In this document: in pieces, positions 1-8,177 of the stretch
Layout: each line of letters begins with the position of its first letter
Numbering within the stretch: position 1 is the stretch's first letter
NCBI GenBank assembly: GCA_026416665.1
Contig: JAOAET010000044.1
Span: 2,491-66,490 of the forward strand
DNA length: 64,000 nucleotides
Direction of reading: 5' to 3'
Source of the DNA: Candidatus Omnitrophota bacterium
GTDB taxonomy: Bacteria > Omnitrophota > Gorgyraeia > Gygaellales > Profunditerraquicolaceae
The notes under the pieces: model-generated
Told to the model about the DNA's origin: nothing
What the model saw: the letters and a program-made list of their open reading frames with translations, nothing else
The model's database searches: none
Made by a program: the position numbers and the translations under genes

Positions 1-3000
1 GTAATTATCATCACTTAAACGACTAAGATATTCCACTACTTCCTCAAAATCTTTTTTCAGATTTTCAGATTCTCCTTTCATCCGGGCAGCGAGAAATTTT
101 TTTAACTTTTCGTTTTTAGCTAAGTTCAATAACGACTTTCCACAGTCAGGAACACCTGTAGCATTAAAATCTTGAGAAGCAATCTCCCAACTCCTTCCAT
201 CATCAGTTCCCGCTAAAATTATCTGTATATTCACACCATCAACCTTGTTAAGCAAAGTGGTTAAATCTGCTGCCCCTCTTCCACCGCGGAAAATAACAAC
301 GTTTATTCCTTTATTTGTTCCTTCTTTTAACAATTTTGGTAAATTATCTTGGTCAAAAACTGCTGTAAACAACCATTCTGCCGTTTTCTCATCATCTACT
401 AGTTCAGGTAAAGGGTCACCAGTGATTAAACTAACCTTTGCTTGTAAAATCGTCTTAATATCTTTTGCATTCTGCAGAACACTTGTGTCTTGAATAAAAC
501 GAACAAAATCATCAGACAATAATTTTTTTGCCTTATCGCTTAATGAATGGCCGGCTACTTTGGGATCAAAACCTTGACTAGATAAAAAATTAATCATTGC
601 CACGATACTGTCAGCATCTGTTTGTGAGTTGGATACTTTTTTTACCTCTGGAGCTTGCTCTAATGAAACCTTAATATTTTTTATAATCCATTTTTTTAGT
701 TTACCAATTTCTTCCTCATTAAGTTGCTTATACCAAGACAATAATTTATCCGCTCCCATTACATTATCAGGTCCCTTTATCCATGTAATTGCTGGAGCTT
801 CTGGCGTTGTCTTAAATAATTTTATTTCTCCGTAGAACCATCCCGCAGTATATGGTGCGGCTTGAAGTTTATTCTTTGTAATTGCTTCACTAATTTTTTC
901 TTCTGCTTCCCAAAATACATAAGGACTAATCTGACGTGCTTCTTTAGATTCTAACTTTAAACTAATATCATTAAAACGCAATCCTCCCAAGTTAACCATA
1001 TAATCAACATAGCCGGGTAAGGCATAACACCAGCTTCCCTTACTTACGTATTGTGCTTTTACTTCTTGGATTATTCCCTCTTCATTATAACGAACATTAA
1101 ATTGAATACCTTCTCCTTCGGTTACATGCTTAATATCCAAATTCTTACCTTGGAAATGCCCAATACCAGTAGAAGTAGTTTGATAAGAACCTGGTAAAAA
1201 ATCTTGTAGGAAAACAGTGTCGTGTATTGGGGTAACCTGGCCATTTTCCGTTAATTTTTTTAATCCGTCAGGAACAGGCAAAAATCCGTGATTCATTATA
1301 TAAAAAACGACGGGGGTCGTTTCCAAAAGCTTTTTATTGTAAATAAGCTCCTGAAGTATTGTCTCCTCTAGTTTTTCCTGTGTTTCATATCCTCTCCAAT
1401 AGAAGCCAGGTTTACCTTCCTCTTCCGCGATTCCTATACTCTTTTCTATATCCTTTTTACTTAGATAACTACCTAAGGGATATTTATCATTTTTACTTTT
1501 TAGCATCTCGTTTTCATCAGTAGTTAAAGTAATTGCGTTCTTTTCAATTACTTGCTTTTCCTCCCAATATTTAAGATTAATCTTCTGTCCTAATAAAATC
1601 TGCAGTCGTTCGAGGTCATCATGGTTAACCTCTTCATATTTACCTTTAGCAATGTCTTTTAGAATATCTCTAATATCTTTTTCTGAGTCAATAGACAACG
1701 GATTTGTTCTAAAAATCCTAATAAATTTAGCCTCTTTTTCTGTTCCATTTTCTAATTTTAAGCTGGTTGTACGAGAGGCAGGCATAATGAGTGCATCAGA
1801 AAGATCAATTTCTTCTTTTTTTCCATTTTTTTCATAACTTATCGTTCCACTAATAGGGGCTATAATAGTTGGTCCGTACCAGGCGGGAGAAACTTCTTTT
1901 GATTCCCCCGAAGGAATACTTATTATTTCGTAAGTAAAATTTGCTTCTTTCTTATGATAATTACTTAGATATTCGTAAAGAGCTTGGCCACGTAAAGGAT
2001 TACCTTCGGTATCTTTAAATAGCTCGTCATTTTTTTGAATAATCGGCTTTCCTATCTTATCAAACTCATCTTTATTAAATTCACGCTCAAGATCTCGATA
2101 TAACACAGTAATTGTCTTATTCGAAGTCTGCTGCGGTTCTACTACCCAAAAACCAATCGTTTTTCCATTTTTATCTTTTATTAAAAAATTTTCACCGGTA
2201 ATCCAAGCCTCATCTTTTTCAAGCCGAGCCCTGTTTTTTATCGCCTCTATCTGTTGCTCTTTTTTAGAAAAAATATCTCTGTTTGGTATGTGCAGTTGTA
2301 AAGATAACCCTTCACCTGCAGCATGAATAATTCCTGAACGAATATAAAGGTTAACATCTTTATAATTTTCTTTTCCAACCTCAATACGGTGCAAATATCC
2401 ATTACAAAATTTATCAACTAATTCTAAATAATATTCTAGAAGTTTTTTTTCATCATATCCGTTATTGCTTAATATCTCTATGGATTTTTTCATCTCTTGT
2501 GCAGAAACACTATCGTTTTCTTCTTTTAGAAATTTATTTGCAAATTCATTTAATTCTTTTGATACCCTATCAGGAAAATTAGAATCGGCACTTTTTGATC
2601 TTATTTCTTTAACTTTTTTATAAAGGGGCATATATATTTTTTCCCGTAACTTATTCAGTTTTTCAATTTCAGTAATTACTTCTTTAATGTCTACTTTATC
2701 CTTCAATCCTACCCAAATTACAGGTTTACCTTTTAAGAATAAAAGTTTTACGTAAAAAGGCATTTGGTGGTGGCTATATCCCTTATCTTTTTGTTCTTTC
2801 ATAATTATTTTTCCAAGAATCTCCTCTGCTTCCTTATAAACCAAAACGTTTAATGAATCTTCCCCAACATAAGAAGTCAAATCATCAACCTCTGGATACC
2901 CCTCCTTAGTAGTTTTTATATTATCATTTTCCTCTGCGCTTAAACCACTGGCACGCACGATGGTGCCCACATACTTAACTTTCTTTTTTCTTAACTGTTG

Positions 3001-4326
3001 GTAAGCGTCATCAGGTAAAATTCCCTTTAATTCTTCTAGTGGCATCCCCCAAGCTTCTTTTTCTTCAATCGTAGGTGGATTCTGGGCATAGAACTTTTCT
3101 GAATGTAATACGTCAGCAATACCACCATCTTTTTGTTCATTATCTGTTTTTATCCCAGGATTATTTTTATTTTCCAATAAGGAAATTTTTTCTTCCGGAC
3201 TTAATTCTACGAGTTGCTCTGTAGACGGAAATAAAATTCTTGGGATCTTTATAACATTTACTTTTTCTAAGCTTAAGCTATTAAATATTTGTCTTCCATC
3301 AAATCCACCACTAAAATATCTTTGAACAACTACGCCATGAGGACTGCTAATTAATTCCTCTTTATCATACTCACCTTTCAGAAAAGAACTACGGTACATA
3401 TTAAAATAATAAAACTTCGACCATGGCTGTAAAGAAGTAAGTCCATTTAAATCTTTACTGTCTATTAAAGCCGCCAATTTTGTGTGAGAGTTGAGGTATT
3501 TTTGCTTATACCACTGTGCTAGAATAAGAGAATAATAAACTTGCCGAAGTTGTGCATATCTTTTGCTAGAATTAACTATTCTTGTTAATTTGGGAATAAT
3601 TATTTCGCGAACTAAGTTGCTGGCATACTCATTTAATACCTTTTGACGGCAGTCTCCAGAAACATTTACGGTTGAATTCTGTATTTCCTCAAGATAATCT
3701 TGTTCTAACATTACTTTAAGCGTTGCCTTATAGATATACACGCCATCCCTATTCTGGCCGAGAATAATTTCTCCCGGTACTATCCATGGGCGGATATAAG
3801 TAGGTATTTCTATTTCCGTCTCTTCTCCAAATAACTCATTGATCTTACGATAAAGTCTATCCCAATACGTGCGACCTTCATGACAGTTAGGAGAAGTTAG
3901 AAAAGCCATGTCTTTTTTCAATTGTAAGTCGGCCTCTAGTAAAATCTTACCAATATCTGTTCTTTCCAAATAATAGTCAATAATATTTTGGGTATCATCC
4001 GGCCTTAAATTCACCCAAAACGCACTATTTGGTAAAACTAACCCAATTTTGAAGTAGTTAAATAAGATTTTGCTTGTTTCCGCAATCTCTTCTTGTGAAA
4101 CTTGTTCGGAATTCCCCTTATCTATACTTAATCTAAAACTATTTTCTTTCGGGTTATAACTCAAAAATCGCAAGTGCAGAGGACGAAAGTTTTCTCCTTC
4201 TAATACCTGCTGTAAATAATAAGGAATTGAAATAGAAGGAATAACCTGAGCAAATCCTACTGAATTAACAATCTGTCCGAATATTAGACTAACCACCAAC
4301 AAAACAGATAGAACTTTTCTCAACAT
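1..4326 (-). CDS. Giant multidomain protein, 3'-partial (>1442 aa): signal peptide, conserved N-terminal domain, PMI-like, cupin-PGI-like and YvcK/CofD-like domains
   Basis: Hand translation of the minus strand from ATG at 4326 (RBS AAAGGAGAGG) finds no stop down to base 1. It begins MLRKVLSVLLVVSLIFGQIVNSVGFAQ and contains FWVNLRP, GKILLEADLQLKKD, RPWIVP, YAQLRQVYYSLILAQWYK, IIHAAG/LSLQLH/EPQQTS, GHFQG and VVIFRGGRG..AGTDDG. Confidence 0.9.
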   Translation of the reverse strand, partial: MLRKVLSVLLVVSLIFGQIVNSVGFAQVIPSISIPYYLQQVLEGENFRPLHLRFLSYNPKENSFRLSIDKGNSEQVSQEEIAETSKILFNYFKIGLVLPNSAFWVNLRPDDTQNIIDYYLERTDIGKILLEADLQLKKDMAFLTSPNCHEGRTYWDRLYRKINELFGEETEIEIPTYIRPWIVPGEIILGQNRDGVYIYKATLKVMLEQDYLEEIQNSTVNVSGDCRQKVLNEYASNLVREIIIPKLTRIVNSSKRYAQLRQVYYSLILAQWYKQKYLNSHTKLAALIDSKDLNGLTSLQPWSKFYYFNMYRSSFLKGEYDKEELISSPHGVVVQRYFSGGFDGRQIFNSLSLEKVNVIKIPRILFPSTEQLVELSPEEKISLLENKNNPGIKTDNEQKDGGIADVLHSEKFYAQNPPTIEEKEAWGMPLEELKGILPDDAYQQLRKKKVKYVGTIVRASGLSAEENDNIKTTKEGYPEVDDLTSYVGEDSLNVLVYKEAEEILGKIIMKEQKDKGYSHHQMPFYVKLLFLKGKPVIWVGLKDKVDIKEVITEIEKLNKLREKIYMPLYKKVKEIRSKSADSNFPDRVSKELNEFANKFLKEENDSVSAQEMKKSIEILSNNGYDEKKLLEYYLELVDKFCNGYLHRIEVGKENYKDVNLYIRSGIIHAAGEGLSLQLHIPNRDIFSKKEQQIEAIKNRARLEKDEAWITGENFLIKDKNGKTIGFWVVEPQQTSNKTITVLYRDLEREFNKDEFDKIGKPIIQKNDELFKDTEGNPLRGQALYEYLSNYHKKEANFTYEIISIPSGESKEVSPAWYGPTIIAPISGTISYEKNGKKEEIDLSDALIMPASRTTSLKLENGTEKEAKFIRIFRTNPLSIDSEKDIRDILKDIAKGKYEEVNHDDLERLQILLGQKINLKYWEEKQVIEKNAITLTTDENEMLKSKNDKYPLGSYLSKKDIEKSIGIAEEEGKPGFYWRGYETQEKLEETILQELIYNKKLLETTPVVFYIMNHGFLPVPDGLKKLTENGQVTPIHDTVFLQDFLPGSYQTTSTGIGHFQGKNLDIKHVTEGEGIQFNVRYNEEGIIQEVKAQYVSKGSWCYALPGYVDYMVNLGGLRFNDISLKLESKEARQISPYVFWEAEEKISEAITKNKLQAAPYTAGWFYGEIKLFKTTPEAPAITWIKGPDNVMGADKLLSWYKQLNEEEIGKLKKWIIKNIKVSLEQAPEVKKVSNSQTDADSIVAMINFLSSQGFDPKVAGHSLSDKAKKLLSDDFVRFIQDTSVLQNAKDIKTILQAKVSLITGDPLPELVDDEKTAEWLFTAVFDQDNLPKLLKEGTNKGINVVIFRGGRGAADLTTLLNKVDGVNIQIILAGTDDGRSWEIASQDFNATGVPDCGKSLLNLAKNEKLKKFLAARMKGESENLKKDFEEVVEYLSRLSDDNY

Positions 4327-4407
4327 AACCACCTCTCCTTTCTTTACTGAAAACTAAACATTTTAATTAGCTTTTATTAATTCATTTTGTTGTTTTTTTC
4401 TTTTAAT

Positions 4408-4458
4408 AAAAAAGGCCACGATCTGGCAAAATCTGGTATTTTGCCAAGAACCGTGGCC
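4408..4458 (-). terminator. Long hairpin plus U-tract in the leader of the giant gene (terminator or attenuator)
   Basis: GGCCACG(4414-4420)/CGTGGCC(4452-4458) and TGGCAAAAT/ATTTTGCCA stems; the A6 at 4408-4413 gives a U-tract on the minus strand. Confidence 0.7.
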
Positions 4459-4502
4459 AAATAATTTTTTTCTTTTTAGTTTAGCTCAAAACCTACAATA
4501 AA

Positions 4503-4531
4503 AATATAATATATATTTGTTCTGAAGTCAA
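4503..4531 (-). promoter_or_regulatory. Sigma70-like promoter upstream of the giant gene
   Basis: TTGACT-N17-TATATT on the minus strand. Confidence 0.5.
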
Positions 4532-4549
4532 GCTACCAATAAAAAATTT

Positions 4550-5317
4550 TTATTTCATTAACTCTTTACAACCTGCGCAAGCAATTAGATTTTTGGTGTA
4601 GGTTTCTTGGGGATGTTCAAAGATGTCTTTTAGATTACCTTCTTCTACTATCCTACCCTCTTTCATTACTATCACAGAATCAGCAACATATTTTATCACT
4701 GCTAAATTATGGCTGATAAAAAGATAAGTTAATCTTAATTTTTCTTTAAGTTGCACAAACAAATCTAGCATCTTTACCTGGACAGTTAAATCTAAGGAAG
4801 AAATTGGTTCATCTAGAATCAACACCTTAGGTTCTACCGCCAACGCCCTTGCTATACAAACCCGTTGACGCTGTCCTCCAGATAACTGATGAGGATAACG
4901 ATAAAACAAATTATTTTCAAGACCAACCAGTTTTAATAACTCTAAAACCTTTTCTTCTTCTTCATTCCTTTTCACCAAACGATGAATTAACAACGGCTCT
5001 CTCAAAGTATCACATACCCGCATCTTCGGATTAAGACTACTGAGAGGATTTTGAAAAATTATCTGGACATCTTTGCGAAAATCTTGTATGTAAACAGGAT
5101 TGACCTTAATACAACCAGAAGTTGGTTCAAGCAAACGCGCAATAATCTTAGCAAGTGTAGTCTTACCCGAACCAGATTCACCAACAATACCCAGAGTGGT
5201 AAATTCTTTAACAATAAAACTAACTTTATCTATGGCTTGGATAGTAATTTTTTTACTTCCTAAAATTCCTCTTTCCAAAGTATATACTTTACTTATATTG
5301 TCTGCCTGAATAATCAT
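4550..5317 (-). CDS. oppF: Peptide ABC transporter ATP-binding protein (OppF/DppF-like)
   Basis: Walker A GESGSGKT, YPHQLSGGQRQR, LILDEP. Confidence 0.9.
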   Translation of the reverse strand: MIIQADNISKVYTLERGILGSKKITIQAIDKVSFIVKEFTTLGIVGESGSGKTTLAKIIARLLEPTSGCIKVNPVYIQDFRKDVQIIFQNPLSSLNPKMRVCDTLREPLLIHRLVKRNEEEEKVLELLKLVGLENNLFYRYPHQLSGGQRQRVCIARALAVEPKVLILDEPISSLDLTVQVKMLDLFVQLKEKLRLTYLFISHNLAVIKYVADSVIVMKEGRIVEEGNLKDIFEHPQETYTKNLIACAGCKELMK

Positions 5318-6111
5318 ATCTTACCAATCTTCTCGTAAGCTGCAATTAGTTCTTTGGCATGTTGATGCTCAGGATTACTAAAAAGTTCTTCTGTCTTTTT
5401 TTCCTCTACTATTAAACCCTGATGCATAATATAGACACGTTGAGCAATCTTTCGGGCAATGGCTAAGTTATGGGTAATAAAAAGTAGTGCAAAGTTATAC
5501 TCTTTTTTTAAGTCCATAAGAAGTTTTAAAATTTCCTGCTCAATAGTCACATCTAAAGCTGTAGTGGGCTCATCCGCAATAAATAGTTCAGGCCTGCCTG
5601 CCAGCCCCATAGCCAAAAACACTCTTTGGTTCATTCCACCTGACAGTTGATGGGGGTAACTGGTTAATACCCGCAAAGGTTCTTTTATTTTTACCTGTTC
5701 CAACAGATGAATGGCATAATTCCGTGCCTGTTTTCCTTTAATATGTTGGCAAAACCAAAGAACCTCTTTTATCTGCTCTTCAATTGTGTAAACAGGATTA
5801 AGATAACTGGTTGGTTCTTGAAAACAGTAGGCGATTTTTGAGCCACGAATTGCCTGAAGTGCTTGCTCGGAAAAAGACACTAAATTCCTGCCCCGGAATA
5901 ACACTTCACCACAACGAATATGAGCATTGGCTGGTAACAATTTTGTTAATGCCAGACAACTAACTGTTTTTCCTGAACCAGACTCTCCAGCAATAACTAC
6001 GGTCTCCTGGGCAAAAACAGAAAAACTTATCTTCTTTACCGCCTCAATCTTTTGACCAGAAACGATAAAATCTACTGCTAAATCTTTTACTTCTAACAAT
6101 GGCCTTTGCAC
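5314..6111 (-). CDS. oppD: Peptide ABC transporter ATP-binding protein (OppD/DppD-like)
   Basis: GESGSGKT, YPHQLSGGMNQR, IADEPTTALDVT. Confidence 0.9.
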   Translation of the reverse strand: MQRPLLEVKDLAVDFIVSGQKIEAVKKISFSVFAQETVVIAGESGSGKTVSCLALTKLLPANAHIRCGEVLFRGRNLVSFSEQALQAIRGSKIAYCFQEPTSYLNPVYTIEEQIKEVLWFCQHIKGKQARNYAIHLLEQVKIKEPLRVLTSYPHQLSGGMNQRVFLAMGLAGRPELFIADEPTTALDVTIEQEILKLLMDLKKEYNFALLFITHNLAIARKIAQRVYIMHQGLIVEEKKTEELFSNPEHQHAKELIAAYEKIGKI

Positions 6112-6230
6112 AGTTCTATTGCTTCTCTTTTGTCAATTTCTTTAAACTAAGTTTTCTTAAACAGATATTTACTCTTATGCTAAATCCTAAATAAAATCTT
6201 ACCACTTATCAAACAACCAATTTACAAATT

Positions 6231-7022
6231 TTATCCCAATTTCTTTTTTAACCCTTCAGCAATAAAATAAAATCCTAATATAGTCACCAGTATCGCCAAA
6301 CCGGGAAAAACCGTAATCCACCAAGCAACCCCCAAAGTTGACTTTGCCTCTATAAGAATATTCCCCCAACTAGGCGTGGGTGGCTGAACACCTAGACCTA
6401 AAAAACTTAAACCTGACTCTAAAAGAATTGCCGAGGCAATACCTAAAGTAGCATGAACTAATACTGGGGCTAATGCATTTGGTAAAAGATGTCGAAAAAT
6501 AATACGTAACTGGCTAGCCCCAAGAGCAACTGCTGCTTGTATAAACTGGCGTTCCTTAAGAGAAAGTATTTCTGAACGAACTAACCGTGCTGCGGACATC
6601 CAACTGGTAAGACCAATAATAATCATAATGTTATAAAGAGACGGCTCAAGTACAGATACTACTGCCAAAATCAAAAAGAAAGTGGGAAAACATAACATAA
6701 TATCTACCAGACGCATGATTAAAGAATCAAGCCTGCCACCATAAAAGCCTGCTACCGAACCTAAGAAAATACCTATCACAGTAGAAATACCTACAGCAAT
6801 AATGCCAATACTTAAAGAAATACGTGTACCCCAAATAAGACGACTCAATAAGTCACGGCCTAAACTGTCTGTGCCTAATAAATGCTGTCTTGACGGTGGT
6901 GATAATAGCTGTGCGTTATCCATCACTGTCGGCTCATAAGGGCTAATTAATGGGGCAAGCAAAGCAACCACCGCCAAAAAAGAAATTATAACTAATCCTG
7001 CTGGCAAATAAAAATCTCTCAT
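6231..7022 (-). CDS. oppC: Peptide ABC transporter permease (OppC/DppC-like)
   Basis: HLLGTDSLGRDLLSR, EAA-loop FIQAAVALGAS..IIFRHLLPN, PPTPSWG. Confidence 0.9.
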   Translation of the reverse strand: MRDFYLPAGLVIISFLAVVALLAPLISPYEPTVMDNAQLLSPPSRQHLLGTDSLGRDLLSRLIWGTRISLSIGIIAVGISTVIGIFLGSVAGFYGGRLDSLIMRLVDIMLCFPTFFLILAVVSVLEPSLYNIMIIIGLTSWMSAARLVRSEILSLKERQFIQAAVALGASQLRIIFRHLLPNALAPVLVHATLGIASAILLESGLSFLGLGVQPPTPSWGNILIEAKSTLGVAWWITVFPGLAILVTILGFYFIAEGLKKKLG

Positions 7023-7202
7023 ATTCGTATTCTTATTTAAACAAAACTTCTGTTTATGCTACTTAGTTCTAAAAACTCTGTTTGATAAACTACTTTTTTA
7101 CTTTATACTCTTTCTATTCTATCTATCTTACCTGTATTGTGTTTCTCGGACATTTCCAAAATCTGTTGTTCTTCAGTTAATTATTCTTATTCCTTACTTC
7201 TT

Positions 7203-8177
7203 CTATTTTTTATAACGAATGCGTGGGTCAACTAAGGCGTAACTTATGTCGGCAATTAAATTCCCCAAGAGTGTCAGAACCGCACTTAAAACTACCTCTG
7301 CCATAATTAAAGGATAATCGCGAGTAACTACTGCCTCATAAAAAAGCCTTCCCAAACCAGGCAAGGCAAATAAAGATTCAAAAATAACACTGCCACCCAA
7401 AAGGCCAGGTATAGATAAACCAACCAGTGTAACAATTGGCAGAATAGCGTTACGCAAAGCGTGTTTATAAATAACTATTTTATGCGGTAGACCCTTTGCC
7501 TTTGCGGCTAAAATGTATGGCTGATTTAATACTTCTATCATACTTGAGCGCATATATCTTGATATACCCGCAAGACCGCTTAAAGTAGTCACAAAAATCG
7601 GCAAGATAAGATGTCTTGTTATATCTTGTATTTTTTGCCACCAGTTGAGATACTCAAAATCAAGTGAGGTAACCCCAGATATAGGCAACCAACCCCAGTG
7701 GATACAAATAAGTTGCATCAGTAAAAGAGCAATCCAGAAAGTAGGTGCAGCAAAGAATATAAAGACAATTATGGTAGTTAAGTTATCAAAAACCCCACCT
7801 GGTTTTTGGGCAGAACAAATACCCAATGGTAAAGCAATTGCAAACATACAAATAAGCGATATTAAATTAATACCTACGGTCAAAGGAATCCGCTCCAGAA
7901 TTTTTTCTGTAACTGGTCTTCCATCTACAAAAGAATTTCCAAAATCAATACGCAACATTCGCTTTAACCACAAATAATACTGGATAGGAAGTGGTTTATC
8001 TAACCCATATAGAGTATAGAGTTTTTGTCTTACTTCAGGAGAAATTTTAGGGTTTAATTCTCCATCAATAGTTGTAGGTTTACCAGGGGCAATACGGATA
8101 ATAAAAAAACTTATTAAAGTAATACCAAACACTACAGGAATTGCTCCAATTAATCTACGGAAAATATAACCAATCAT
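7203..8177 (-). CDS. oppB: Peptide ABC transporter permease (OppB/DppB-like)
   Basis: YGLDKPLPIQY, AKAKGL..HALRNA, C-terminal DPRIR. Confidence 0.9.
   Translation of the reverse strand: MIGYIFRRLIGAIPVVFGITLISFFIIRIAPGKPTTIDGELNPKISPEVRQKLYTLYGLDKPLPIQYYLWLKRMLRIDFGNSFVDGRPVTEKILERIPLTVGINLISLICMFAIALPLGICSAQKPGGVFDNLTTIIVFIFFAAPTFWIALLLMQLICIHWGWLPISGVTSLDFEYLNWWQKIQDITRHLILPIFVTTLSGLAGISRYMRSSMIEVLNQPYILAAKAKGLPHKIVIYKHALRNAILPIVTLVGLSIPGLLGGSVIFESLFALPGLGRLFYEAVVTRDYPLIMAEVVLSAVLTLLGNLIADISYALVDPRIRYKK

Noticed and set aside
245-1837. Three short plus-strand ORFs listed in the track for the first 2 kb
   Set aside because: They lie antisense to the uninterrupted minus-strand giant ORF.
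6112-7202. Unusually long spacers (119 and 180 bp) flanking oppC
   Set aside because: They are AT-rich, with no convincing ORF, repeat, hairpin or tRNA-like fold.
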